64,000 nt of DNA from positions 153,390,001 through 153,454,000 of the forward strand of contig CM059432.1 in assembly GCA_030390025.1 (NCBI GenBank), in the 5' to 3' direction. Positions within the stretch are counted from its first letter, which is position 1; each line of letters starts with the position of its first letter. Below the pieces are notes generated by a model that saw only the letters and a list, made by a program, of their open reading frames with translations, had not been told where the DNA came from and ran no database searches. Origin of the DNA: Squalus acanthias. Lineage: Eukaryota. A program made the position numbers and the translations under genes. This document shows, one piece after another, positions 33,290 to 46,700 of this stretch.

Positions 33290-34953
33290 GTGGGTATCTC
33301 CCCTCATGACCTCTCCACGCTCATCTTGTCCATGAGACCCACCTCCTGCTCCCTCGACCCTATTCCCACCAAACTGCTGACCACCCAACTTCCTTTTCTG
33401 GCTCCCATGTTTGCTGATATTGTTAACGGTTCTCTCTCCTCTGGTACTGTCCCCCCTCCCTCAAATCTGCCGTCATCACCCCTCTCCTCAAAAAACCAAC
33501 CCTTGATCCCTCCGTCCTTGCAAACTACCACCCATATCCAACCTCCCTTTCCTCTCCAAAGTTCTTGAACGTGTTGTCGGCTCCCAAATCCGTGCCCATC
33601 TTTCCCGCAATTCCATGTTTGAATCCCTCCAATCTGGTTTCCGCCTTTGCCACAGTACCGAAACAGCTCTAATCAAAGTCACAAATGACATCCTTTGTGA
33701 TGGTGACAAAGGTAAACTATCCCTTCTCATCCTTCTTGACTTGTCTGCAGCCTTTGACATGGTTAACCACTCCATCCTTCTCCAACGCCTCTCCACCGTC
33801 GTCTAGCTGGGTGGGACTGCACTCACCTGGTTCCATTCTTATCTATCTAATCGTAGCCAGAGAATCACCTGCAACGGCTTCTCTTCCCGCTCCCGCATCA
33901 TTACCTCTGGTGTCCCCCAAGGATCTATTCCATGGCCCCCTCCTATTTCTCATCTACATGTTGCCCCTTGGCGACATCATCCGAAAACACAGCGTCAGTT
34001 TCCACGTGTACGCTGATGACACCCAGCTCTACCTCACTACTTCTTCTCTCGACCCCTTCACGGTGTCTAAATTGTCAGACTGCTTGTTCGACATACAGTT
34101 CTGGATGAGCAAAAATTTTCTCCAATTAAATATTGGGTAGACCGAAGCCATTGTTTTCAGTCCCTGCCACAAACTCCGTTCCCTAGCCATTGGCACCTTC
34201 TGAGGCTGAACCACACTGTTCGCAACCTTGGTGTCATATTTGACCCTGAAATGAGCTTCCGACCACATATCCGCAGCATAACAAAGACCGCCTACTTCCA
34301 CCTCCGTAACATCGCCCGTCTCCACCCCTGCCTCAGCTCATCCGCTGCTGAAACCCTCATCCATGCCTTTGTTACCTCTAGACTTGACTATTCCAACGCA
34401 CTCCTGTCTGGCCTCTCACATTCCACCCTACGTAAACTTGAGGTCATCCAAAACTCGGCTGCCTGTGTCCTAACTCGCACCAAGTCCCGTTCGCCCATCA
34501 CCCCCTGTGCTCACTGACCTACACTGGCTCCCGGTTAAGCAGCGCCTCGATTTCAAAATTCTCATCCTTATTTTCAAATCCCTCCATGGCCTCGTCCCTT
34601 CCTATCTCTGTAATCTCCTTCAGTCCCACAACCCCCCGAGATATCTGCTCTCCTCTAATTCTGCCCTCTTGAGTATCCCTGATTATAATCGCTCAACCAT
34701 TGGTGGCCGTGCCTTCTGTTGCCTAGGTCTTAAGCTCCGGAATTCCCTGCCTAAACCTCTCCACCTCGCTACCTCGTTCCTCCTTTAAGACGCTCCTTAA
34801 AACCTACTTCTTTGACTAAGCTTTTGGTCACCTGCCTTAATTTATCCTTATGTGGCTCGGTGTCAAATTTTTTGTCTTAAAATGCGACTGTGCAGCCCCT
34901 TTGGACATTTTACTACGTTAAAGGCGCTATATGAATACAAGTTGTTGTTGTTG
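33290..34953 (+). mobile_element. 5'-truncated L2 LINE
   Basis: QSGFRLCHSTETAL, LDLSAAFD, YADDTQLY, SRLDYSN and LHWLP; (GTT)n tail. Confidence 0.95.
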
Positions 34954-35383
34954 TATGCCTAACCGTGGTGCTCCAGGCATTCTATGGGGCAGGCTTGATG
35001 GACCAGCTGGTCTTTTCCTGCCTGTCAATTTTGTATGTTTGTATGCACTTGAATGGGTAGGAAGGATCAAAATTAAGCAGTTATATATGAAGCAGGTAGA
35101 GTGTTAATACCATGTAGGTCCTTTAAAGGATACGTTGGGTAGAAATAGTGTACAGGAAATAGCAGATGTGTTGAATTCATTCCTCATATCGTTTTTACAA
35201 ATGAAGACAGTGGATGAGTTCCAGATTTAAATTAGCTTGAGAATTAATAATTTGGAGGTTAGGAAAACATGTGTTCCTAAGAAATGGAAAGCAATAAATG
35301 AATATGGGGCACCTGGGCCAGAAATGATACACCCTAGAATTTCCAAGGAAATGATTAAGGAAACAGGTGAGATTCCAGTGAAT

Positions 35384-37690
35384 GGGTCTTAATTCCCTCG
35401 GGGATGCCTGTGTAATGGGCGGGTGGGGGAGGTTAAATCAGGTGCTAAGTGGCCTGGTGGCGGCGGGAATTCAGCCAGAACCCCGGTTTGCCGGATCTCT
35501 GCCCAGAAGAGAGAGCCGCTGCCAGAATCCAATGGGCCCTGTGACGGATGGAACTTCTGCCTGTCTCAAGCATGGCCCAAGGCTCCAGAGGAGGTCGGGC
35601 TGGTGGACAAGCTTTCCTCTGCTGGAATTCCTGGGGCTCCTGCCTCCGTTACATCCAGTGATCTGGAGAACCCGACATCTAAGTCAGTTAACATAAGAAC
35701 ATAAGAAATAGGAGCAGGAGTAGGCCAACTGGCCCCTCGAGCCTGCTCCGCCATTCAATAAGATCATGGCTGATCTGATCCTAACCGCCAATCTACTATC
35801 ACAGAACCATCTCCTGAACCTAACAGAATTGGACACAAGAAATAGGAGCAGAATCAGGCTACATGGCCCCTGGGCCCGCTACGGCCATGACCGATCCGAA
35901 CCTAGACTCATGTCCAAATTCCTGCCCGCTCCCCGTAACCCTTAATTCCCTTTACTTCTAGGAAACTGTCTATTTCTGTTTTAAATTTATGTAATGATGT
36001 AACTTCTACAGCTTTTTGGGGCAGCATATTCCATGGACCTACTACCCTCTGAGTGAAGTAGTTCCTTCTCATCTCAGTTTTGAAAGAGCAGCCCCTTATT
36101 CTAAGATTATGTCCCCTAGTTCTAGTTTCACCCATCATCGGGAACATCCTCCCCGCATCCACCCGATCCAACCCCTTCACAATCTTATATGTTTCAATAA
36201 GATCGCCTCTCATTCTTCTGAACTCCAATGAGTAGAGTCCCAATCTACCCAACCTCTCCTCATATGTCCATCCCCTCATCCCCGGGATTAACCGAGTGAA
36301 CCTTCTTTGTACTGACTCGAGAGCAAGTATGTCTTTTCTTAAGTATGGACACCAAAACTGTATGCAGTATTCCAGGTGCGGTCTCACCAATACCCTGTAC
36401 AACTGAAGCAATACCTCCCTATTTTTATATTCTATCCCCTTAGCAATGAAAGCCAACATTCCATTGGCCTTCTTAATCACTTGCTGCACCTGCATACTAA
36501 CCTTTTGAGTTTCGTGCACCAGGACCCCCAGATCCCTTTGTACTTCAGTACTTTCCAGTTTCTTGCCATTTAGATAATAACTTGCTCTACTATTTTTCCT
36601 GCCAAAGTGCATAACTTCACACTTTCCAGTATTGTATTCCATCTGCCAAATCTCTGCCCACTTACTTAGCCTGTCTATGTCCCCTTGCAGATTTTTTATG
36701 TCCTCCTCACTCACTACTTTCCCTCCCATCTTAGTAGCATCTGCAAACTTTGATATGTTACACTCGGTCCCCTCCTCCAAATCGTTAATATAGATTGTAA
36801 AGAGTTGGGGACCCAGCACTGACCCCTGCGGAACACCACTAGTTACTGATTGCCAGTCTGAGAATGAACCATTTATCCCAACTCTCTGCCTTCTGTTAGA
36901 TAGCCAATCCTCTATCCATGCCAGAATATTACCCCCAATCCCGTGATTTTTTATCTTAAGCAATAATCTTTTGTGTGGCACCTTGTCAAATGCCTTTTGG
37001 AAGTCTAAATACACCACATCCACTGGTTCCCCTTTATCCACCCTATGTGTTACTTCCTCAAAGAACTCCAGCAAATTTGTCAAACATGACTTCCCCTTCA
37101 TAAAACCATGCTGACTTTGTCCTATTAAATTATGATTATCCAAATGTCCCGTTACTGTCTCCTTAATAATGGACTCCAAAATTTTACCTACCACAGATGT
37201 TAGGCTAACCGGTCTATAGTTTCCAGCCTTCTGTCTACTGCCCTTTTTAAATAAGGGTGTTACATTAGCAGTTTTCCAGTCTGCCGGGATCTTTGCTGAG
37301 TCCAGGGAGTTTTGGAAAATGATTACCAATGCATCCACAATCCCTACCGCCACTTCCCTCAAGACCCTAGGATGTAAGCCATGGGGTGGAAGTAGGGCCC
37401 ACTGGGGTCTCCAGGCTCCTGGTCTGGAAGACCCCAGAAATGCAGCCGATTTTCCAGATCGGCCCTCTTATAAAGGAGACCAATCAGCTGTGGAACTTGA
37501 CTTTATGGGGGCGGGGTGGGTCACCAGTCACTGGCCTTGTCATTCAGCCATTCAGAACCACATCATTCGATTACCCGCTCTTCGAGTAGGTGTCTATGAT
37601 ATGCCCGTGTTGGTGCGGGCGCCAGGCGCACTGGTGCTGGTGCTGGGCCACACTTAGGATGGCAAAGTGGACCCGAGGATTTTTGGAGCC
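35384..37690. mobile_element. Harbinger-type MITE splitting an old CR1 and itself split by a younger CR1
   Basis: AAT on both flanks; removing it rejoins HPRISKEMIKETGEIPVNIFKRS and the later GNYRPV. Confidence 0.75.
35690..37381 (-). mobile_element. 5'-truncated CR1 LINE plus an adjacent extra CR1 tail
   Basis: 484-aa RT ORF 35908-37362 (FADD mutated to FADA); (AACATAAG)n tail at 35690. Confidence 0.95.
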
Positions 37691-37835
37691 AATATTTTTA
37701 AGAGATCCATTCACGTGTGGGCTATACCTGAATACCTGAGGATAGTGAAAGACATTTATTCAAAAAGGAGTGCAAAAGAAGTGGGGAATTACAGACCAGT
37801 TAGATTGACATTAGACAGGCAAAAATCCTGAATAC

Positions 37836-38030
37836 ATCGCCGTTCCTTCATCATCGCTGGGTCAAAATCCTGGAATTCCCTCCCTAACAGCACTGTGGGA
37901 GTACCTTCACCACACGGACTGCAGAGGTTGAAGAAGGCGGCTCACCACCACCTTCTCAAAGGCAATTAGGGATGGGCAATAAATGCTGGCTTTGCCAGCG
38001 ACGCCCACATCCCATGAATGAATAAAAAAA
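37836..38030 (+). mobile_element. 3' end of the same LINE family as 43781-46901
   Basis: GGCAATTAGGGATGGGCAATAAATGCTGGC...CATCCCATGAATGAATAAAAAAA. Confidence 0.9.
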
Positions 38031-38064
38031 TACTCAATTTTATTGGATAGAAATGTAGAAATTG

Positions 38065-38246
38065 CAGCACTGAAAACCCTCACAACATTCAAGAAGCATT
38101 TAGATGAGCACTTGAAACGCCATAGCATACAAGGCTATGGACCAAGTGCTGGAAAATGGGATTAGAATAGATAGGGTTTGATGGCCGGCGCGGACACGAT
38201 GGGCCGAAGGGCCTCTTTCTGTGCTGTATAACTCTATGACTCTATG
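38065..38246 (+). mobile_element. CR1 3' end
   Basis: GGGCCGAAGGGCCTCTTTCTGTGCTG followed by (ACTCTATG)n. Confidence 0.85.
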
Positions 38247-39884
38247 AAAGAGGCCATCGGCTCATCATGCCTGTACCTGTGGTATCTCTGTCCACTTTAA
38301 TCCCATTTCCTGCCCTTTCCTTGTATCCTTTTATATTCTTCCTTTTCACATACAGGATTCAATTAGTGTTCATTTAAAGAACATACAAGTCTCAAGAGAC
38401 GGTTTAGAAGCTATAGGTCACGTTTCACATAGTCTACTTTAACGCTTTGAGTCTGTAACTACACTAAATTAGTGGCCGAGGGCTGTCCAGTGGATATAAC
38501 TTACGTCAAAGTGGTGCAGCTCTACCTTTGAAGCTCTCAGTCCCAATCAGGAATATGGATCAACAATTTAAAGGGGGAAAGCTGCTTGTTCAGCTGGAGG
38601 ATTTTGCAAAAGATAAAAACTGCTCAGTGCAAAGAAGGAAGTGGATCTGTAGGACCCCCTCCCCCTTTGCCCATCCATTTACTTTACCTCAATCGAGAGG
38701 AGTGGACTGTTGCCATATGTTGATCATTAGTGTGCAATTTACTGGATTCAAGAGGGGGAATTAAGTACATGGAAGGTGACATGCAGATCTTTAGTATACA
38801 GTTATATGGAAGATGACATGATGATGTGGTGCTGCTCTTTCAATCTCAATAAGCCTCCAAATTGGGATCAGTAGCAGATATTCGGCAGCCATGAACGTTG
38901 CAATAGTAATAATATGAGCTGGGCGGCCCAAGCCTCAGAGCCTGCTGCTTTGAGTGAGTGTTTTAAAATCGATACAGAGAGGCTTACCTCCCACCACCCC
39001 CCCAGGAAATAAAAGATTTATCTATTAATCTTTCCAAAAAGGAAAAAAAAACACTAGAGAGGATTGTAAATGGCAAAATATTTGTCACATAATATCACAG
39101 CTGGAGAGCTGTGATCATTTTAACACATCCACTTATCCCCACTGACTGAGACCGAATGTAGATCAGATATCCAGAGTTGCTTTTATTGGCAATGGCCCTG
39201 TTCATAACAGCTAAGACTGTCTCACCCAGATCCGGCTTAAATAGGACACTTACATATTTAAATCTATCTCTAGACCAATGAAAGGGGAAATTGTCAGAAA
39301 TAATTTTCATGCAGCATAACAACAGGGGATTAATTCCAGATTGTCTCCAGCTGATTCCATCCACCATCAGTGCATAGAAGGATCCCACCGTCAGATCAGT
39401 TTCTTTTTAATAACATTTTACACATTGTTTTAGTGAATAATATGGCATTCACGCACAGCTAAAAGCTCTGGTGGTAAAGGGAAACTGGACTCGTACAGGA
39501 AATAACAATGTTTACAACACTTGATCTGCCCAACTAAATTAATTTAAACAAGCAAATTACACAGCAGTTTCGATGAAATAATCTTAAAGTTAAAATCACA
39601 TACACGCAGGTTTTTGAAGTGTGGAGTTAAAACCATTTAAAGGGACAATGCTGTTGCTGACAGGTGGCAGACAAGCATCCTCCTACTAATTTTTAAACAT
39701 GCAATACGATGACTTGGTGTCATAATGACCTTGATTTCAGCACAATAAAATATCAACTGAAGTTTGTTACCTATTTTCTATCAAAGTATATTTAGTAGTG
39801 GAAGTTAAACAAGTGTGTGTATATGTGAGAGTGTGTGTGTGAGATAGTGGCCGGAATTTTGACCTTTCCGACGCGCTGGCAGTG

Positions 39885-40475
39885 GGGAACCCTGGATCGC
39901 TGGGGGAACCCTGGATCGCTGAGGGAGCCCTGGATCGCTGGGGGAGCCCTGGATCGCGGGGGGAGCCCTGGATCGCGGGGGGAGCCCTGGATCGCGGGGG
40001 GAGCCCTGGATCGCGGGGGGAGCCCTGGATCGCGGGGTGAGCCCTGGATCATGTGGTGAGCCCTGGATCGCGGGAGGAGCCCTGGATCGCGGGGTGAGCC
40101 CTGGATCGCGGGGGGAGCCCTGGATCGCGGGGGGAGCCCTGGATCGTGTGGTGAGCCCTGGATCATGTGGTGAGCCCTGGATCATGTGGTGAGCCCTGGA
40201 TCGCGGGGGGAGCCCTGGATCGCGGGGGGAGCCCTGGATCGCGGGGGGAGCCCTGGATCATGTGGTGAGCCCTGGATCATGTGGTGAGCCCTGGATCATG
40301 TGGTGAGCCCTGGATCGCGGGGGAGCCCTGGATCGCGGGCTGAGCCCTGGATCGCGGGCTGAGCCCTGGATCATGTGGTGAGCCCTGGATCGCGGGGGGA
40401 GCCCTGGATCGCGGGGGGAGCCCTGGATCGCGGGGGGAGCCCTGGATCGCGGGGTGAGCCCTGGATCGCGGGGAG
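39885..40475. repeat. 19-bp minisatellite, about 31 copies
   Basis: GAGCCCTGGATC followed mainly by GCGGGGG or ATGTGGT variants. Confidence 0.97.
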
Positions 40476-40719
40476 AACCCAGAAGTTTCAGCGGTACGTT
40501 TTACAGTGGCTTTTTAACGAAGCCCCTGCATTCGCATCTGACTTCCGGGTCCAATTAACAGGAGCGGGCCCAATTCAGCTCAGGTATTTAAAGGAGCAAT
40601 GCAAAGATGACAGTTGAAGGTTGGTGGAGGTTGAAGAGAGATTGGTGGGGATAAGAGTGGTTTGTCTGGAGAGTGATTTGTTTGTTTGTACAGAGATTTG
40701 TTTTGCTGCAGAAGAAAAA

Positions 40720-42500
40720 ATGCAGGCTCAGCGCCCAAAAGCTGCCTCTAGATATAGCAATGCCTCCCTGGAACTCCTTCTTATTTGTTTTTAATGGGAT
40801 GTGGGCGTCGCTGGCAAGGAGTCAGGGCCCACAGGGAGGTCCAATTCCCTGCTGATGGGAGGAGGAGGCCAGCTGCAGACATCAAGAAGGCATGGCTGGA
40901 GATAGTGGCAGAAGTGAGCAGCAGGAGTGTGGTGGCGAGGTCCTGGATACAGTGCAGGAAGAGATTTAATAACCTCAGGAGGTCAGAGAGTGGTGAACCT
41001 GTGGAATTCTCTACCACAGAAGGTAGTTGAGGCCAAGTCATTAAATATATTCAAGAATGAGTTAGATATATTTCTTAAAGCTAAAGGTATCAAGGGATAT
41101 GGGGAGAAGGCAGGTACAGGGTACTGAGTTTGGATGATCAGCCATGATCTCATTGAATGGCGGAGCAGGCTCGAGGGGCCGAATGGCCTACTCCTGCTCC
41201 TATCTTCTATGTTTCTTAGTTTCTATGAGTACAATGTCACATTTCCCTACATCCTGATGTGCGTGTCACCTCAACACCCTCACTCTGCCTTCCCAAGCCT
41301 ATTCCTCACATTACTCCTCACACCAACCTACCTTGCAAGGTGCACCCATCCCTCTCTGTCTATGCACAGACTCACATCCCCATCTGACCATCCACCACTG
41401 ACACTCACCCTCAACTTAATGCAATGTCATGCCTCTGCAGCATAGTCACTCTCAACAGATGTTGCCCATCCATCCCTTCCACTCACATCCATGACTCACA
41501 CTCAAAGGTCTCTTGTTTCCCTCCTTGCAGGAGAAGAGAGCACAGAACACCAGGGAGAGACAGAGAGCCGGAGGTGGCCCTCCAGTCATAACAACACTGA
41601 CTGCAGCAGAGGAGGAGGCGCTGGAGATCAGCGGAGTAGCGGAGTTGCTGGCGGTGGGAGATGGAGAGATGGGGAACTCCTAACTACCTGGTGACAGAAT
41701 TAAATATCACACAGCCACATGGCATACTACAGTCACTCATGTTAACTTGATGTCAGCGGCCAGTGAAATATGATCATGTGCATAATGTTCACTTAAAACA
41801 CTCTTACCATAACAGTTCCAATTCATGTCTTTACTCTCCCACAGGCCCATCAAGTGTCCCACAGCCAGTCCAGGCAGAGGAGGAGGAAGACTCCCCAGAG
41901 GAGGTTGCGGACTCTGAGGGTGCGCTGTCACAGGACGCATGCACACCAAGCACCAGCGCAGATACACACACGTCGGTGGGACCAGTAAATCAGATAGTAG
42001 TGTTGTCACCTTGTGAGCAAGAGCAGTTGGTGCAGAGAGGGACAGCAGTGGAGAGTCCTCGTCGGAGGGCACAGGACACTTCAAGCTCTGCTCAGCTGGA
42101 CGAAGATGCTGAACCTCATCAACAAAGCCGTCGACAAAGGGGATGATTCTGGAGAAGCAACAGAAAATGTGGGAGGCTCTGGCAGGATTTCTAGCTGCGT
42201 TGTGCTCGCTTGCAGGGAGAATGAGGAGTCCATCTCCAGCATGACTGGCATGATGTCGCAGGCCATGGCTATGATGAGTTCGGCCATGGAGATGGTGGCC
42301 ACCTACATGGAGCATCAAATGCAGCATTCAAACGAGGGCATGCTTGCTCTCACAATCTGAATGCCACCTTAACTATGATGGATAGAAACCTAGACCTGGC
42401 CGTTCAAAGTGCTGTCCAGCTCCTTGCTAGCAGGGAAGTGCGGGTGGGCCATGAGAGGGATGATGGTGAAAGGGGACATGGAAGTGGGGACTCTGCTCCT
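40720..42500 (+). pseudogene. Three-exon Harbinger Myb/SANT (NAIF1-like) gene, disrupted
   Basis: ATG at 40720; AWLEIVAEV...RSWIQCRKRFNNL; acceptors CTCCTTGCAG (41530) and CTCCCACAG (about 41844); exon 2 EKRAQNTRERQRAGGGPP; LINE-tail and CR1 insertions. Confidence 0.8.
40985..41227 (+). mobile_element. CR1 3' end inserted at the Myb exon 1 boundary
   Basis: QRVVNLWNSLP...GYGEKAGTGY stop, then 3'UTR and tail. Confidence 0.92.
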
Positions 42501-43780
42501 GCTGCCTGGCAAGTGGCCTTGTCACTTGTAATGAATGGTAAGACATGACTTAACTGTGAGCAATGGGTGTGTGTGACAGGAATGTTTTGGTCATTTTAGG
42601 ATTGCTTTGTGGTTTGGGGGGGAAAGTTGGTTCAGCATCTGGGTGCCAGATGGGTGCACTGGTGCAACCTAACTAAATCATGCCATTATGAGGCCATCCT
42701 GGGCAGCAATGTGCATTGCTGCTGGTGCCATGTCCACATCAAGTTCCTCCTCCTCCTGTTCCTCCTCCTCCTCCTGTGAAGAGGCCCTGCACCTTGCTCC
42801 TCCAGCAGCTCCAATCCTCGCTGCTACGCTCTGTTGTGCAGCGCGCAGCGTACCACGATCATTCTGGAGACCTTGGCTGGTGCGTATTGAAGGGCTCTTC
42901 CAAATCTGTCCAGGCCCATCTGAAGCGCATCTTCAGCATCCCAATTGGTTGCTTTATTACACATCTCGTTATCATTTAGCTTTGATTGTAGCACTTTTTG
43001 GCCTAATTGCTTGGCCTCCTCAAGGGTGTCATCAGCCACGTCTTCAGTGGATACCCTTCGTCTCAAAGCAGCCAGCTGGTAAGTCTGGTCAGAGGTGCGA
43101 AGAGCTGAGGAAGGGTGGACTAGCACAGGACAAATGCTTCATGACAGCTCCCTGGGAATCTGGCACACACATGCATGATGATCTTTTTGTGGTTGCAGAC
43201 AAGCTGCACATTGATGGAGTGGAAACGCTTACAGTTCCCGAACAATCCTGGGTGATCTGGGGGTGCCTTGATGGCCACATGTTTGCAGTCGATGACATCC
43301 TGCACTTGTGGGAAGCCAGCAAGAGCCACAAAAGCCAAGTGCCCACTCATTCTGACTGGCTTCATCGGTGGCAAAGTGTACATAACTGCCTGCCCTGGCG
43401 AACATGGCATCGGTCACCTGGGTGATGCATTTGTGGGCGGCCGACTGTGAGATCCTGCAAATATTTCCTGAAGATCCCTGGAAGGAGCCTGAGGCAAAGA
43501 TGTTGAGGGTGGTGGTCACTTTGACTGCCACTGGTAACGCATGCCCACCAGGCCCACTTGGCAGCAGGTCTTCTTCCAGCAAGCTACAAATGTCTGCCAC
43601 AGCCTGACACGCTAGCCTGAGCCTGCTGACGCACTGGTGTTCAGTCATGTCCAGGAAGCTGATCCTCTGCCTATATACCCTGTGCTGGGGGTATCGCCTC
43701 CTGCGAGGTGCACCCCTGTGCTCATCCCCTCTCTCCTGTGGAGCTGCAGGTCAGTGAGGAGAAGGCTGCTGCTGCTGGTG

Positions 43781-46700
43781 TTTTTTTTAATTCGTTCCGG
43801 GATGGGGGCGTCGCTGGCAAGGCCAGCATTTATTGCCCATCCCTAATTGCCCTTGAGAAGGTGGTGGGGAGCCGCCTCCTTGAACTGCTGTAGTCCGTGT
43901 GGTGAAGGTACTCCCACACTGCTGTTAGGGAGGGAGTTTCAGGATTTGGACCCAGCGACGATGAAGGAACAGCGATATGTTTCCAAGTCAGGATGGTGTG
44001 TAACTTGGAGGGGAACTTGGAGGTGGTGGTGTTCCCATGCGCCTGCTGCCCTTGTCCTTCTAGGTGGTAGAGGTCGCCGGTTTTGGGAGGTGCTGTCGAA
44101 GAAGCCTTGGTCAGTTGTTTCAGTGCATCTTGTAGATGGTGCACACTGCAGCCACGGTACGCTGGTGGTGGAGGGAGTGAATGTTTAAGGTGGTGGATGG
44201 GGTGCCAATCAAGCGGGCTGCTTTGTCCTGGATGGTGACGAACATCTTGAGTGTTGTTGGAGCTGCACTCATCCAGGCAAGTGAAGAGTATTCCATCACA
44301 CTCCTGACTTGTGCCTTGTAGATGGTGGAAAGGCTTTGGGGAGTCAGGAGGTGAGACACTCGCCGCAGAATAACTAGCCTCTGACCCACTCTTGTTGCCA
44401 GAGTATTTATGTGGCTGGTCCAGTTAAGTTTCTGGTCAATGGTGACCCCCAGGATGTTGATGGTGGGGGATTCAGCGATGGTAATGCCGTTGAATGTCAA
44501 GGGGTGGTGGTTAGACTCTTGCTTGTTGGAGATAGTCATTGCCTGGCACTTGTGTGGCGCGAATGTTACTTGCCACTTATCAGCCCAAGCCTGAATGTCA
44601 TCCAGGACTTGCTGCTTGCGGGCATGGACTGCTTCATTTTTTGAGGAGTTGCGAATGGAACTGAACACTGTGCAATCATCAGCAAACATCCCCACTTCTG
44701 ACCTTATGATGGAGGGAAGGTCATTGATGAAGCAGCTGACGATGGTTGGGCCTAGGACACTGCCCTGAGGAACTCCTGCAGCGATGTCCTGGGGCATCTT
44801 CCATTGTGCTAGGTATGACTCCAGCCAGTGGAGAGTTTTCCCCCCCGATTCCCATTGACTTCAGTTTTACTAGGGCTCCTTAATGCCACACTCGGTCAAA
44901 TGCTGCCTTGAGGTCAAGGGCAGTCACTCTCACCTCACCTCTGGAATTCAGCTCCTTTGTCCATGTTTGGACCAAGGCTGTAATGAGGTCGGGAGCCAAG
45001 TGGTCTTGGCGGAACCCAAACTGGTCATCAGTGAGCAGGTGCCGCTTGATAGCACTCTCGACGACACCTTCCATCACTTTGCTGATGATTGAGAGTAGAC
45101 CGATGGGGCGGTAATTGGATGGATTGGATTTGTTCTGCTTTTTGTGGACAGGACATTCCTGGGCAGTTTTCCACATTGTCGGATAGATGCCAGTGTTGTA
45201 GCTGTACTGGAACAGCTTAGCTAGAGGCGCGGCTAGTTCTGGAGCACAAGTCTTTAGCACGACAGCCGGGATGTTGTCAGGGCCCATAGCCTTTGCTGTA
45301 TCCAGTGTGCTCAGCCGTTTCTTGATATCACGTGGAGTGAATCGAATTGGCTGAAGACTGGCTTCTGTGCTAGTGGGGACCTCAGCAGGAGGCCGATATG
45401 GATCAAGCACTCACTTAAGCCTTGTCTTTTGCACTCGCGTGCTGGTCTCCACCATCATTGAGGATGGGGATATTCATGGAGCCTCCTCCTCCCGTTAGTT
45501 GTTCAATTGTCCACCACAATTCACGACTGGATGTGGCAGGACTGCAGAGCTTTGATCTGATCAGTTGATTGTGGGATCGCTTAGCTCGGTCTATAGCATG
45601 CTGCTTCTGCTTTTTAGCATGCATGTAGTCTTGTGTTCCAGCTTCCCCAGGTTGGCACCTCATTTTTAGGCATGCCTGGTGCTGCTCCTGGCATGCTCTT
45701 CTGCACTCCTCATTGAACCAGGATTGGTCCCCTGGCTTGATGGTAATGGTAGAGTGAGGGTTATGCCGGGCCATGAGATTACAGATTGCGGTGGAATACA
45801 ATTCTGCTGCTGCTGATGGCCCACAGCGCCTCATGGATGCCCAGTTTTGAGCTAGATCTGTTCTGAATCTATCCCATTTAGCACGGTGGTAACGCCACAC
45901 AACATGATGGAGGGTGACCTCAGTGTGAAGACAGGACTTCGTCTCCACAAGGACTGTGCGGTGGTCACTGCTACCAATACTGTCATTGACAGATGCATCT
46001 GCAACAGGTAGATTGGTGAGGACGAGGTCAAGTAGGTTTTCCCCTTGTGTTGGTTTTCTCACTACCTGCTGCAGGCCCAGTCTGGCAGGTATGTCCTTCA
46101 GGACTCGGCCAGTTCGGTCAGTAGTGGTGCTACCTAGCCACTCTTGGTGATGGACATTGAAGTCCCCCACCCAGAGTACATTCTGTGCCCTTGCTACCCT
46201 CAGTGCCTCTTCCAAGTGATGTTCAACTTGGAGGAGTACTGATTCATCAGCTGAGGGAGAGCGGTAGGTGGTAATCAGCAGGAAGTTTCCTTGCTCCTGC
46301 TTGACCTAAAGCCATGAGACTTCATGGGGTCCGAAGTCAATGTTGAGGACTCCCAGGGTCACAACCTCCCGACTGTATATCACTGTGCCGCCACCCCTGG
46401 TGGGTCTGTCCTGCCGGTGGGACAGGACATACCCAGGGATGGTGATGGAGGAGTCTGGGGCATTGACTGAAAGGTATGATTCTGTGAGAATGACTATGTC
46501 AGGCTGTTGCTTGACTTGTCTGTGGAACAGCTCTCCCAATTTTGGCACAAGTCCCCAGATGTTAGTGAGGAGGACTTTGCAGGGTCGACCGGGCTGGGTG
46601 TGCCGTTGTCGTGTCCGAAGCCGGTGCCTAGGTCGATGCCGGGTGGTCCGTCGGTTTTATTCTTCTTATTGTTTCTCGTAGCGGTTTGTTACAACTGAGT

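Noticed and set aside
38400..39840. Non-repetitive-looking stretch as an exon or enhancer
   Set aside because: No convincing ORF with splice sites or recognisable motif; cross-species alignment would be needed.
39885..40475. CRISPR-like array and Pro/Arg-rich ORFs
   Set aside because: The variable parts are only 7 bp and recur, there are no unique spacers or cas genes, and the ORFs are translations of the repeat.
42688..43425. 245-aa plus-strand ORF and similar antisense ORFs over LINEs
   Set aside because: They are shadow frames of transposase or RT coding sequence with no independent motifs.
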